Shown: positions 9,280 through 18,991, counted from the first letter of the stretch. The stretch is DNA of 42,460 nucleotides from a virus (IMGVR_UViG_3300049381_000006:1-42460), one strand, 5' to 3'. Numbers and translations: made by a program. The notes: a model not told the origin generated them from the sequence alone.

Positions 9280-9791
9280 TCAGACCAGGTCACCCAACAG
9301 CGAAGATCAACAGCCGTCGTCGGGGTAGTCGCCCGCACCCGAAGAAACCGCGACACGGCAATGATCGGCCGCTCATCGGGCATGAACTGGTAGGCGTACA
9401 CCATCCCCGCAGCCGCCTCAGCCGACACCGACGACATCGACACCACGTCATGCACCCGCGCGGCCGTCGTCGAACCCTCAGCCGTCGCCGTGTAGCCCGT
9501 CGCCGACGTACCCAGCGTCATCAACGATGCTGGCGCTCCGGGCATCAGCGGCTGCACGCCCGCAGCAACGTGTGCCGTGACCGTCGCCGCGACGTCGGTG
9601 TCGAGTAGTTCGAACACGGCATCAGCACCGGGCGGGTCGTCGATCGAGAAGCCCCACGACATGACGGTGAGTTGCCGTGTCGACGGCGTCGCGATCTGGA
9701 GCATGGTCTTGATGGCTGTTCCGGTGGTCACCGAAGCCTGCGCGGCGGTAGTTGCCATCGCCGAATTCCATGTCTTGTATAGATGTCCCAC
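9276..9791 (-). CDS. Small tail-associated beta-rich protein
   Basis: GGAG RBS and GTG start; between tape measure and large minor tail genes; Thr/Ala/Val-rich. Confidence 0.7.
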   Translation of the reverse strand: MGHLYKTWNSAMATTAAQASVTTGTAIKTMLQIATPSTRQLTVMSWGFSIDDPPGADAVFELLDTDVAATVTAHVAAGVQPLMPGAPASLMTLGTSATGYTATAEGSTTAARVHDVVSMSSVSAEAAAGMVYAYQFMPDERPIIAVSRFLRVRATTPTTAVDLRCWVTWSE

Positions 9792-9799
9792 TATTTCTC

Positions 9800-12073
9800 C
9801 TAGCCCTTCCCGAATGCGGTCTGCACGTTGCCGCCGCCCTCAATGCGGACCCATTTGCGGATCACGCGTTTCATCTCCTCGTCGGCGCCGGTGATGTCGA
9901 AGACCACCCGGACCGCCTGCGAGCCCCCGCCGCCCGACAACATGGCTTCCGTCGCACCGTTGGGATGCACGGTCGAGCCCTGCGGCAGGGCGAGCAGCAT
10001 CCCGCCGCCAGGTGTGGAGATCGCCTCACGCGACCGCTCGGCGACAGACACGAGCCCGCCAGCAATGCCGCCATGGTCAAACCGGTCGATATTCGGGGTG
10101 TCGAGTGATCTGCCGCCGATGGTGGTGCCGAACATTTCTATGGACGGCAGCCTGAACGAGAGCCCGTTCCACCGGTCGATGACCCAGTTCAGGGCGGCCT
10201 TGAACGCGTCCTTGACGCCGTCGAACATGCCCGCCGAGGCGCGTTTGATCAGACGGGGCAGCCAGGTCCACGCATCGATAAAACCGCCGATCGACGACGT
10301 CCACTCGTCGATGCGGTCGACGATCCCGATGACCTTGTCCGTGGTCTCGCCGAGCCCGTCACCCATGTCCTGCAGGCCTGCGATCCAGTCCTGGATCTTC
10401 GTCTGGTTCTCCGGGTTATCCAGCCACGCCTGGACCTCTTCCAGGTTCGCGAGAGCCGTGTCCAAGAAGCCCTCGGACTCGCGCTTGCTCCCCGGGAACA
10501 GGATCTTCACAATCGTCCCGAGGATCGATATCGCGGTACCGCCGACATCACGGAGCGTCCCCAAGCTCTCGGCGGCGTCCTCGAAGAACGTCTTCAACCG
10601 GCCGTCCTTGTCAGCGGCCTCGATCTTGTCGGAGAACTTCTCGATCCACCCCAACGCCATATCCGACAGCTCTTCCCAGAACGGGATCGACGCCCGCGCC
10701 AACGTCCCGATCGCACCGAGGAGCTTCGGCAGCGTCTTCTCGCCGATCCGGTCCAACGTCCGGTCGAACGCCCCTGCCGCCGCCCCGACGTCCTTCAAAA
10801 ACTTCGGGTCGCCGAGCGCCTCCATCGCACCCTTCGCGAGCCCGTTCAGCGACGTGGCGGTGCTGCCGAGGATGGTCCGCAGCGTCGGGAACGAGCGGTT
10901 CGCGAGCCGCATCACCGACCTGTCCAAACCATCGAACAGCTTGTCTTGCGTCTCCCGTTTGATCCCCGCGAACTGGTCCCGCAACGCCAGCAGCGTGAGC
11001 AGGAACGCCTGCGCGTTCGGGGACAACTTCGCCATCGCCTCCGCGAAAGCGTCCACCCCACCACCCGCACCGCGCTGCGCCTGCGCCAGCGCGTACGTGG
11101 CTGCGGTGATCTGCCGCTGCGCCATCTCCTGACGGCGCAAAGCGGCCTGCACCCGGTCCGAGCCTTCAACGCCTTTGCGGGACGCGTCGTCCTGCTCGGC
11201 GCCGAGGTCCCCTACCCTGTCCCGGACCTCCTCCAGGGTTTGCTTCGACTGCCGCAGCGCCAGTTCCGCCTCCCGGTAGTCCAAAGCGGACCCGCCGTTG
11301 CGGCGTGCGTCCCGCAACCGGATCTCCGCCCGCTGCACGGCGAGGATCGCGCCCTCCTCGTCCAGGCGGGCACCGGCGAGGGACCGGGTGAGGTCCTCGA
11401 GGCGTTCCTGCTCGTCCATCCGGGCACGGGTCACCGCCTCCTGCGCGGTGACGGCTTCGCGCTGCGCGTCCGCGAGCGCGAGCGTCGCCATCCGCACCTG
11501 ATGCGCGGCATCAGCCGCGGACCGGCCGCCGCCGCCGGACTTCTGCCCCGCAGCGGACCATGCGTCGCCCATGCCGCCCAACCCGACAACCAGCGTCGCC
11601 AAGGTTGCGGCGAGTCCGACAGCCAGGGTGTTCGTCGCCCCGAACGCACCACCCACCAGGTATACGGCCGGCGCGAGGACGATCAACCCCGCGACCGCCA
11701 CCGCAGCAGCAGCGACCAAAGCCAGCAACGCCAGCACCAGCAGGTTGATACCGCCCGTCGCCACAGTCGACGCCGCGAGCCCCGACAGCGCTACCGGGAT
11801 CTGCGCCAACGACTTCCCCACCGCGTCTGCCGCGTTCGACGCCTGGTCGGCAACCCCGTCGAACAGTCGGCCGAAGAACCCGCGGCCCTTCTCCGCGCCG
11901 TCGCCCAAGCGGCGGGACATGCCCCGCTCGAACCCGTCGCCCGCACGCTCGCCGGCGCGGGAGAGCTCGCGGGCGATGTGGTCGCCGGTGTCCTTGGCCT
12001 GGCGTTTCACGGCGTCGAGGCCGCGGCTCGCGTTGTCCTTGATCGAAACGCGGATCTCGATGTCCTCGCTCAC
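9800..12073 (-). CDS. Tape measure protein
   Basis: 757 aa helical Ala/Gly-rich protein with hydrophobic segment, coiled coil and C-terminal FDHGG...VAERSRE motif; follows the tail chaperone. Confidence 0.9.
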   Translation of the reverse strand: MSEDIEIRVSIKDNASRGLDAVKRQAKDTGDHIARELSRAGERAGDGFERGMSRRLGDGAEKGRGFFGRLFDGVADQASNAADAVGKSLAQIPVALSGLAASTVATGGINLLVLALLALVAAAAVAVAGLIVLAPAVYLVGGAFGATNTLAVGLAATLATLVVGLGGMGDAWSAAGQKSGGGGRSAADAAHQVRMATLALADAQREAVTAQEAVTRARMDEQERLEDLTRSLAGARLDEEGAILAVQRAEIRLRDARRNGGSALDYREAELALRQSKQTLEEVRDRVGDLGAEQDDASRKGVEGSDRVQAALRRQEMAQRQITAATYALAQAQRGAGGGVDAFAEAMAKLSPNAQAFLLTLLALRDQFAGIKRETQDKLFDGLDRSVMRLANRSFPTLRTILGSTATSLNGLAKGAMEALGDPKFLKDVGAAAGAFDRTLDRIGEKTLPKLLGAIGTLARASIPFWEELSDMALGWIEKFSDKIEAADKDGRLKTFFEDAAESLGTLRDVGGTAISILGTIVKILFPGSKRESEGFLDTALANLEEVQAWLDNPENQTKIQDWIAGLQDMGDGLGETTDKVIGIVDRIDEWTSSIGGFIDAWTWLPRLIKRASAGMFDGVKDAFKAALNWVIDRWNGLSFRLPSIEMFGTTIGGRSLDTPNIDRFDHGGIAGGLVSVAERSREAISTPGGGMLLALPQGSTVHPNGATEAMLSGGGGSQAVRVVFDITGADEEMKRVIRKWVRIEGGGNVQTAFGKG

Positions 12074-12143
12074 GGTCCACTCTCCAGGTAGTGGAGAGCG
12101 GCAAGAACCGGATGGCGCCTGGCGGTACGGAATGGCTTCGTTG

Positions 12144-12724
12144 TCACTGTTCGGGCACCTCCTCCGGTTTTCCCAGGTCCACGATGTTGATCAGGCGTAG
12201 TAGTTCGGTGTCCTCACGCAGCACCTGCGACGGCAGGCAGCGGAACCTGTCGCACAGGGCGAGAACCGTCTCGGCATGAATCAGCTCGGCGGGCTTTCGG
12301 GCAGCAGGACGTCCATCGGTATCGACTCCTCCACGGACGGCTCGCCACCGGAGGATGTCGGACCTAAAGGGCCGCTCACGCCCGTGGTCGCGCCCTGCAG
12401 CGCGTCGATGATCGCCACCAGCAGCGCCAAGTCCTGGTCGGCGATCGTGTCGGCGGTCACCGGGACCTTCTGGGTCGGCCCGTCGGGGTCGTCGGGGTCG
12501 ACGGGCTCTTCGAGGTTCCACGACGTGATGACCTTCGAGAGCGCCTGGAACACCTGCTGGAGGCCTTCCTCGACCTTCGAGTCGTCGTCCTTCAACCCCG
12601 CCAGGTGGCGGAGCTTTGACAGCTCAAGAAGCTGTCCAATGTTCAGCCGTTTCGCCCGGACCACGAAGTCGGCGAGCTCCGGGTCGTCGAAGGTGAGCTT
12701 CAGGTGCGCGCGTACGTAGCCCAT
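12144..12724 (-). CDS. Tail assembly chaperone, long (G-T) form produced by -1 frameshift
   Basis: The -1 frame is open from the slippery site to 12144 and encodes LCDRFRCLPSQVLRED, typical of the chaperone second part. Confidence 0.75.
12281..12724 (-). CDS. Tail assembly chaperone, short (G) form
   Basis: Acidic 147-aa protein with ITSWNL motif, between the tail tube and tape measure genes. Confidence 0.85.
   Translation of the reverse strand: MGYVRAHLKLTFDDPELADFVVRAKRLNIGQLLELSKLRHLAGLKDDDSKVEEGLQQVFQALSKVITSWNLEEPVDPDDPDGPTQKVPVTADTIADQDLALLVAIIDALQGATTGVSGPLGPTSSGGEPSVEESIPMDVLLPESPPS
12365..12371 (-). other. -1 programmed frameshift slippery heptamer C CCT TTA
   Basis: X XXY YYZ in the correct phase (GGC CCT TTA GGT) near the 3' end of the chaperone gene. 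Confidence 0.8.
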
Positions 12725-12759
12725 GGTCAGATCTCCGGTGGTTGGTGGGCGGATGGTTC

Positions 12760-12787
12760 ATGGGCGGGGCTCGGGGGCACCCGCCCA
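12760..12787 (-). terminator. Hairpin downstream of the tail tube gene
   Basis: TGGGCGGG / CCCGCCCA inverted repeat in the intergenic space. Confidence 0.45.
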
Positions 12788-12803
12788 ACTACCCGCATGT
12801 CCG

Positions 12804-13211
12804 TTATGACCATGTAGGTACGGTTCCGTCCGAAAGGACACCAGGTGCGGTAAAAGTGAGTTCACCCGAAGCCGCCCGGGTCAGCGCGTAGTCGGTGAAC
12901 ATGCACTCGTTCGCCAACGTCTGACCGGAGTGGGCCAGCGTCACCGTCCGTGCCACGCTCGTCGACGGCACCGTCTTGAACACGTCGTGCTCCTGGTCTG
13001 CGGCGTCGTTGAAGACCCCGTTGAGGGTGATGGAGAAGTCGGCGAGCAGCAGCAGCCGCTCGAATGCCGACTTGTCCACACCGGTGACGTCCTGGACGCC
13101 GCGCGGTGTGGCGAACTGGAAGTTCGTGATGTCGTTCTTGATGGCCTTGGCGGTGCCGCTGGAGTTGTCGACCGATAGGGTCGTAATGCCCAATCCGGAC
13201 TCTTTCGCCAT
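12804..13211 (-). CDS. Tail tube (major tail) protein, 135 aa
   Basis: Directly upstream of the chaperone; DVTGVDKSAFERL..LADFSITLNGVF tube-type beta pattern. Confidence 0.75.
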   Translation of the reverse strand: MAKESGLGITTLSVDNSSGTAKAIKNDITNFQFATPRGVQDVTGVDKSAFERLLLLADFSITLNGVFNDAADQEHDVFKTVPSTSVARTVTLAHSGQTLANECMFTDYALTRAASGELTFTAPGVLSDGTVPTWS

Positions 13212-13252
13212 GACTTATGCCCTTCTGTCCGTATTGCTCGTTTGGTTGGTTG

Positions 13253-13711
13253 TCATCCCTGCCCCAGCCGGTCCGCAAGCCGCTGCTGGTGCCCCGCGAA
13301 GTCATCCACCCAGTCATCGCCACTGCGGTGGCGCATTTGCGTACCGCGCGGATTCCCCCGCCAGTCGCCGCCGGTCACGTAGTAGAGCGCCGGACGCTCC
13401 AGCGGCAGACGGTGCTCGGCGGACCGGAAGCACGTCTGTCCGGCGGGGAACGTGAACACCGTCGGCGACCACTCCGCGTCCTTCGTTTCGGTGAACCGGC
13501 GTCCGGACTGCTTGCGGATGTAGTACGCCTGCCCCTGCCCCAGGTCGGTGCGCTCGTCGATGCTGGTGCTCCACCCGGCGTTGTGGGCCGGGCAGTTCAC
13601 CTCCGCGCACGTGGCCTTGCGCCAGTGGGTGGCGATCGGCGACACGATCGAGTACGTCTTCATGGCGTGCGCCGGCAGTTGCGGCGGGCTCCGGAAAATG
13701 GGACGCGTCAT
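13253..13711 (-). CDS. Hypothetical Cys/His-containing protein in the tail module
   Basis: ATCAEVNC...CF...H motifs; co-oriented and tightly packed. Confidence 0.7.
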   Translation of the reverse strand: MTRPIFRSPPQLPAHAMKTYSIVSPIATHWRKATCAEVNCPAHNAGWSTSIDERTDLGQGQAYYIRKQSGRRFTETKDAEWSPTVFTFPAGQTCFRSAEHRLPLERPALYYVTGGDWRGNPRGTQMRHRSGDDWVDDFAGHQQRLADRLGQG

Positions 13712-13721
13712 AGCCGTATCC

Positions 13722-14477
13722 TTAGAAGACTGTCGATGTTTCGTTGCGGCAGACCATGACTGCGAAGACCAGCGACGAGAACCCGCCGGTGGTGACGGTG
13801 GTGACCCGCAGGTACCGCTCGACGGTCAGCACCGCAGACGCGGCGATCCGCTCCGATGTGGGACCGGATGTGATCTGCGTGAACCCGCCGCCCGTCACGT
13901 CCGCGTAGGGGTCGCCGACGGCATCGTCCGAAGACTCCTGGATCTTGACGGTGGCGTCGGTGCCGGTGAACGAGAAGACGTGGAGCCATGCCTGCAACCC
14001 GAAGCTCGTCGACCCGGTGCCGAAATCGACGCCAGTACCGGTCGTGGCGCCCGTATCCGTGCGCTTGCCTGCAGTGAGCTGCTTGCCCCACTCGAGGCCG
14101 TACCCGTTGGCGAGGGTCTGGCAGGCGAACGTGAACGACCCGTCCTGGTTCCTGGTGCCGTCGTAGTTGGACTGCTTCGCGACCAGCGACGCGGCAGGGT
14201 TGCCGAGGGTCGTACCCCGGCAGTACGTCGAGATCACGTCCGTGGTCGGCAGCGATGACAGGCGCGGGTGTGCCCGCCCGGCTGCGTCGTTGAAGTAGGA
14301 GACGAAGGCCATGCCGCCGTCGCGTCGCCCGCCGATGCGTTCGAACGCGGACTTGTCGATGCCGGTGGTTTCGATGGGCGCGTTGCCGCCGCCGATCCGG
14401 CCGAGGCTGTTGATGTCCCCGCTCAGGTCGTAACCGGACAAATAGTAGTTGTCACCCATGCCCGAGGTCTTTGCCAT
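13722..14477 (-). CDS. Second tail-tube-like protein with C-terminal beta domain
   Basis: N-terminal half resembles 12804..13211 (MAKTSGMG vs MAKESGLG; TGIDKSAFER vs TGVDKSAFER; FND; GSFTF vs GELTF). Confidence 0.75.
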   Translation of the reverse strand: MAKTSGMGDNYYLSGYDLSGDINSLGRIGGGNAPIETTGIDKSAFERIGGRRDGGMAFVSYFNDAAGRAHPRLSSLPTTDVISTYCRGTTLGNPAASLVAKQSNYDGTRNQDGSFTFACQTLANGYGLEWGKQLTAGKRTDTGATTGTGVDFGTGSTSFGLQAWLHVFSFTGTDATVKIQESSDDAVGDPYADVTGGGFTQITSGPTSERIAASAVLTVERYLRVTTVTTGGFSSLVFAVMVCRNETSTVF

Positions 14478-14479
14478 GG

Positions 14480-14938
14480 CTACGCGGCCTCCGTCCACAA
14501 ATCGTTAACTACCAATGGAAGAGCGATCGTGTAGACGCGGTACACGGCCGCGTCGATCTGCTGATAGCCCGCCCGCCCCGACAGCGGTTTGCCCTTCGCG
14601 CCGCGCACATCGACCATCCGCACAAGGCCGCCGAGGGTGAAGTCACCGATATACGCGGCGAACAGCAAATCCAGGGCCTTGACCATCTGCGGGTCGAGGG
14701 TTTCCGGCGCGAGGTTGTTGACCGGCAGGTACATGCGCACGTTGAGCAGCAGCACCATGGACGTCGACGCAAGCCCAGACCCGGTCAGGTCCGGGCTGAT
14801 CTCCTGCACCCAGCACGCACCCGTCAACCCGTTCCCGGGCGCGTTCTCCGGCTCGGCACCGTTGAACCGCTCGAACACACCCAACGTCTGCGCGTGGGAC
14901 GTGACCTGCGCGAGGATGCTGTCGATGTCGACGGTCAT
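14480..14938 (-). CDS. Putative tail terminator/completion protein
   Basis: Size, position and D.TLGGLV motif. Confidence 0.65.
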   Translation of the reverse strand: MTVDIDSILAQVTSHAQTLGVFERFNGAEPENAPGNGLTGACWVQEISPDLTGSGLASTSMVLLLNVRMYLPVNNLAPETLDPQMVKALDLLFAAYIGDFTLGGLVRMVDVRGAKGKPLSGRAGYQQIDAAVYRVYTIALPLVVNDLWTEAA

Positions 14939-14939
14939 G

Positions 14940-15326
14940 TCACGTCACCGCCTTGAGGTGACGGCTGATGACCTGCTCGGCGATCGGCTTCGCGGCCTTC
15001 TGTAGCAACTGGGCGACGGTCCGCCAGTTGCGGTAGCCCTTGAACCGGGTCACCGGGTAGTTCCGGGAGCCGACGTCTTCCAACCAGGCGCCGTAGATGA
15101 CGTCGTTGTCGTGGATGACCGCGAGCTCATCGGACACCCGGTCCGCTTCGGTCTTCGACTCGTAGTAGCCGGTCGGGTTTTTGAACGTCTTGATGTACTC
15201 GACACCGAGCATGCCGCGCCCGACCTTCGCGACCTCCCACACCGCGTCAGCCATCCCGGCCCGGAGCGCGGCCTCGGTGCGGCCGTCGAACAGCGGCCCG
15301 CTCACATCAACATCGACCTGGTACAC
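14940..15326 (-). CDS. Head-tail joining protein (HK97 gp10-like)
   Basis: PTGYY.S...YGAWLE.G pattern and position; GTG start just after the adaptor stop. Confidence 0.65.
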   Translation of the reverse strand: MYQVDVDVSGPLFDGRTEAALRAGMADAVWEVAKVGRGMLGVEYIKTFKNPTGYYESKTEADRVSDELAVIHDNDVIYGAWLEDVGSRNYPVTRFKGYRNWRTVAQLLQKAAKPIAEQVISRHLKAVT

Positions 15327-15328
15327 GG

Positions 15329-16396
15329 CTACACCGCCCGCAATCTGGCCCTGCGCCCGTACGCGTTGCGGGCGTCGTCGCGGATCTGCCGCAGTCCGCG
15401 ACCGGACGCCTCGCGCTGGTTCTCGCCCGAGCCGACCGTCCGCGCGTACCCGGACCGCTCCTGCATCAAGTGGTTGAGCGCCTCCGCGACGCACAGCTCC
15501 TGCACCAGGCCGGGGAAGACATGCCGGGTGATGGCGGTGGTGTCGGCATGGGTGGCGGCGGTGGTGCCTAGGGCCCCGCGGGTGACGGTCAGCCGGCGGG
15601 GCGCGTAGATGTCCGCGTTCGCGGCATGTGTCGCGAGGACCGTGCCGTCCCAGGGGCGTTTCACGGTGAGGACCGATCCGGCGATGTCGACGACGAGCAT
15701 CCGCTCCGAGTCGATGAGGATGACCTCGTCGACGACGGGGGCGCTAGTGGTGGTGGACATGGTGATCGACACGTCGGAGTTGAGTGCGGTGAGGCTGTCG
15801 GCGGCGTCGATGTTCACGCCGGTGTCCATCATGGTTTTCCCGGTGACGATCATCCGCTCCGATTCGACCTTGATGATCGACCCGACGCCGATGGTCGACG
15901 AGTCCGACACGTCGACAGCGGTCTCTGACGCGTCCAGCGCCTCGGCGAGGGTGCCCGCTGTCGCGTCGTCGGCGCTGAACCCGTACACGCCGAGGATGCT
16001 GATGGACCTCTGGTGGGTGTCGCCTGCACTGAACGCGGCCGACGAGTCGAGGTCGATCTCGATGTGGGTGTACGGCGGGCCGGAGTCGGGGCGCAGGAAG
16101 TAGTCCGTTGCCGCGATCGTCGTGCCGCCAGCCGTGACGGTGGTGGCGGAGATGAGTTCGTTGGCGTCCAACCAGAGCCGCCACGGACGGGCGTACTGGT
16201 TGTTGGGCCAGTCGAACGTCATGGTCCGCAGTTCGGGGTAGAAGCGGCGGAGCAGGAGCCCGCTGCCGGGCCTGCTGCCGTCGATCATCCGGGACGCGGA
16301 TTCGATGGCACGGTCGATCTGCGCGTTGCTGCGCGCCGTGTCCTTGGCGTCGAGCGCCCGCTGGACGTCTTCCCTGGTCGCGTACCAAATTCCCAC
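15329..16396 (-). CDS. Head-tail adaptor with inserted beta domains
   Basis: YATREDV...AIESASRMID...RRFY N-terminus and P.LV..LC C-terminus of gp6/gp15-like adaptors. Confidence 0.75.
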   Translation of the reverse strand: MGIWYATREDVQRALDAKDTARSNAQIDRAIESASRMIDGSRPGSGLLLRRFYPELRTMTFDWPNNQYARPWRLWLDANELISATTVTAGGTTIAATDYFLRPDSGPPYTHIEIDLDSSAAFSAGDTHQRSISILGVYGFSADDATAGTLAEALDASETAVDVSDSSTIGVGSIIKVESERMIVTGKTMMDTGVNIDAADSLTALNSDVSITMSTTTSAPVVDEVILIDSERMLVVDIAGSVLTVKRPWDGTVLATHAANADIYAPRRLTVTRGALGTTAATHADTTAITRHVFPGLVQELCVAEALNHLMQERSGYARTVGSGENQREASGRGLRQIRDDARNAYGRRARLRAV

Positions 16397-16414
16397 CGTG
16401 CCACCTCCTCCCTG

Positions 16415-17026
16415 TTACTTGTCAGACCCGGAAGTCGTCGTCGGTTCGACCACAAAACCGGCAGTGGAGTCCGCCTCGGGGTCCTGCGGTGAGGGGTTCC
16501 CCGTCGAACGGGCACGCCGTCGGCCGTTCGGTTTCGGCTCGGCGGAACTCGTCCGCCGCTTCCTTGGCGATGTCGAGGAGCTGGTACCAGGAGATGGCTG
16601 CTCGCCTCCCTCGGGTTCGGACACTGCCGGCTCTTCGGCGGCGTCCGGGTCGGTGGCATCGGGGTCGGTTCCGCCCCCAGCGGTGATGAGGTCGCCGAAC
16701 GACGACCGCTCGGCCCCGTCGGGGAGGGCCGCGGTGCCGCTGTCGCTGAGCGGCGGCTCTGTGCCCGCATCAGCGACGGGCCCGTCGCCTTCGACGTGCG
16801 CCGGCTCGGAGTTCGCCTCGACCGGTGCCTCGCCGGTCTCCGCCGGGACGACGTCGGCCGGGACCGGTTCGACCTGGGGCAGCTGCGGTGCGGGAGCCTC
16901 GTCGACGGGCAGGGGCGCCTGCCCGATGCGGGCGGCGGCGAGCGCCTCACCGAACGAGCGGCGGGACGGCTTCGGCGGGTCGCCCTTGTGGGACGGGCCG
17001 CCGTGGACCGTGTTCTTAGGGGACAT
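16415..17026 (-). CDS. Acidic Pro-rich, probably disordered protein
   Basis: GAGGAG RBS, start MSPKNTVHGGPS; low-complexity P/E/A/D sequence. Confidence 0.6.
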   Translation of the reverse strand: MSPKNTVHGGPSHKGDPPKPSRRSFGEALAAARIGQAPLPVDEAPAPQLPQVEPVPADVVPAETGEAPVEANSEPAHVEGDGPVADAGTEPPLSDSGTAALPDGAERSSFGDLITAGGGTDPDATDPDAAEEPAVSEPEGGEQPSPGTSSSTSPRKRRTSSAEPKPNGRRRARSTGNPSPQDPEADSTAGFVVEPTTTSGSDK

Positions 17027-17186
17027 CGGGGGTCTCCTCCGAGGTTTCGGGAGCCGCGACCCGTGCGGGAGCCAGCGTCGGGTCATCCTTCGAGCCCTGC
17101 TCGGCGTGCTTTCTCGACCCGCACTGAGGGCAGGCCGGGGCACCGACCGAGTAGGCGGTCGTGCAGGCTTTGCAGATCCACAGCAC
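17016..17186 (-). CDS. Small zinc-ribbon protein
   Basis: WICKAC...ACPQCGS; GTG overlaps the upstream TAG. Confidence 0.7.
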   Translation of the reverse strand: MLWICKACTTAYSVGAPACPQCGSRKHAEQGSKDDPTLAPARVAAPETSEETPDVP

Positions 17187-17965
17187 TACGCCACCCCCAC
17201 CATCGGGGCGGTGTACCCGTACAGGGCCGTGACCTCGGCTGCGGTCAGGGCTTTGCCGGTGACGAACGGGAGCGCGATGCGGCCGTGGAACTCGTTCACC
17301 GGGGTCGCGGTCACGCCGGAGCAGCCCACCGTGAGCGGGGTCGCGGTGTCCTCCATCGCCGTGTACGCACCGGCCTCGACCGTCGTGCCGTCGTTGGCCA
17401 GGGCGCCGTTGACGTACAGGTTCACCACGGGCGCCGTCTCGTCGCCGTCGTAGGTGGCCACGGCATGGACCCACTGCCCTGCCGTCAAAGCGGCGGTGGA
17501 CGCCGCGATCTCCGTGCCGTCAGCCGACTCGTCGTAGAGCTCGAGGTCGAGCTTCCCTGATGCGTCGATCCAGAACCGCCACTCGCGGACCGTCGCGGAG
17601 TACTTCGCGACGATCGTGTTCGAGGCGATCGCGTTCGGGCGGATCCAAGCGCCGACGGAGAACGCCGAGTCGATGCTGCCGTCGCCGAACGTGTAGTTCG
17701 CCGAGTCGATCCCGGCCAGGTGGTGGTCTCCCGTCGGGTGGAAGTGGTACGAGTGCAGGCCGCACGGCAGTACTGCGGGCGCGAAGTCGTCCTCCAGGGC
17801 CTCGGCTGCGCCGGCGGTCTCCGACGGGATCAGGTCCCCGACGCCGATGCCGGAGACCAGCACGCCGGTCTTCTCCCAGCACGGCCACAGGGACGGTTTG
17901 GTGGTGCCGAGGACAGACAGGATGTCGTTCAGCCTGCCCTCGGTGCCGCGGATGTAGACCGTCAT
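17186..17965 (-). CDS. LamG/ConA-like jelly-roll virion protein
   Basis: FSVGAWIRP, GQWVHAVATYD, LYVNG, ALTAAEV..LY hallmarks. Confidence 0.85.
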   Translation of the reverse strand: MTVYIRGTEGRLNDILSVLGTTKPSLWPCWEKTGVLVSGIGVGDLIPSETAGAAEALEDDFAPAVLPCGLHSYHFHPTGDHHLAGIDSANYTFGDGSIDSAFSVGAWIRPNAIASNTIVAKYSATVREWRFWIDASGKLDLELYDESADGTEIAASTAALTAGQWVHAVATYDGDETAPVVNLYVNGALANDGTTVEAGAYTAMEDTATPLTVGCSGVTATPVNEFHGRIALPFVTGKALTAAEVTALYGYTAPMVGVA

Positions 17966-18900
17966 CAGGCTGCTGCCGATGCGGTCAGGGAGCTGCCGCC
18001 CTTCTCGCCTGCCAGGTTGACGACCAGCGGGTTGAACCAGGCCGCCGCTGCGCCGACGAACGCGAGGTTGAAACCGTCGGCGTCGTTGGTCGCCGACCGG
18101 GTCACCGGGTTGATGATCATCCCGGTGGTGCTGGCGCCCAGCACGATCCCGCCGTCCTGCGTCGCGTGCAGGTTCCGGGTCACCGAGTCCTTGATCAGCA
18201 TCCGCAGGTTCGCAGCCGTGGTCTCGATGCAACCGGCGGCCAGGGTTCCCTCAACCCAGGGGCTGTGGAGCTCCACCTCGTTGGCGACCGCAGTGACCTG
18301 GATACCGGACTGGCCTGCGTCGCCGGCTGCGCCGATGAACTTCGCCCGCACCACCTTGCACCGGTCTGCGCCGGTGCTGATGCCGAGCCAGTCGACGAAC
18401 TGCTTTGTCGTCCCGTCTTCGCGGCCCTCGATGTCGATGAGGGTGCAGTCCGCGCCGGTGACGATGATGCCCGACACGACGTCGACGGCGGTGTTCGCGA
18501 CGTGTAGGAGGTTGACCCACTTGGTGCTGGCTGCGCTGATCAGGATCGTGGCGTCGGTGGTCGTCGAGTTGAACGTCGGCCGGGCCGCGCCCGTGCCGAG
18601 GCCGATGACGGTGACGCCGGCGATGTCGGCGGTGATCGCACCGGCCGATCCGATCGTCTCGGTGTGGCCGGGCATCACGTACACGACGTCGCCGGAAGAG
18701 AGCACGTCGGACGAGTAGGCGTAGCCGAGCGTCGCGAACGGCGAGTCCGGGGACTGCCCGCGCCCGCTGGCGTTGGCCGCGCCCGTGGCGGTGGAACTGA
18801 CGAACCACACCTTGCCCGGGGTCTGGTCGATGCCCTGGATCGTGTAGATACCGCCCGGGGTGCGGCGGGAGAACAGCGACGAGAAAGCGCCCTGTGCCAT
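17965..18900 (-). CDS. Pectin-lyase-like right-handed beta-helix virion protein
   Basis: WFVSS...G.SPDSPFATL...GDVVYVMPGH.E cap followed by beta-helix-like repeats. Confidence 0.75.
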   Translation of the reverse strand: MAQGAFSSLFSRRTPGGIYTIQGIDQTPGKVWFVSSTATGAANASGRGQSPDSPFATLGYAYSSDVLSSGDVVYVMPGHTETIGSAGAITADIAGVTVIGLGTGAARPTFNSTTTDATILISAASTKWVNLLHVANTAVDVVSGIIVTGADCTLIDIEGREDGTTKQFVDWLGISTGADRCKVVRAKFIGAAGDAGQSGIQVTAVANEVELHSPWVEGTLAAGCIETTAANLRMLIKDSVTRNLHATQDGGIVLGASTTGMIINPVTRSATNDADGFNLAFVGAAAAWFNPLVVNLAGEKGGSSLTASAAA

Positions 18901-18944
18901 GTCTGGTGCTCCTTTTCGGGATTCGAACCCTTGTTGGATCGGGT

Positions 18945-18976
18945 GGGCGGAGCCGGTGTCGAGCCCGGCCCCGCCC
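18945..18976 (-). terminator. GC-rich intergenic hairpin
   Basis: GGGCGGAGCCGG / CCGGCCCCGCCC; one mismatch, which is a G-U pair on the - strand. Confidence 0.5.
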
Positions 18977-18991
18977 GAGAGCAGTAGGGGG

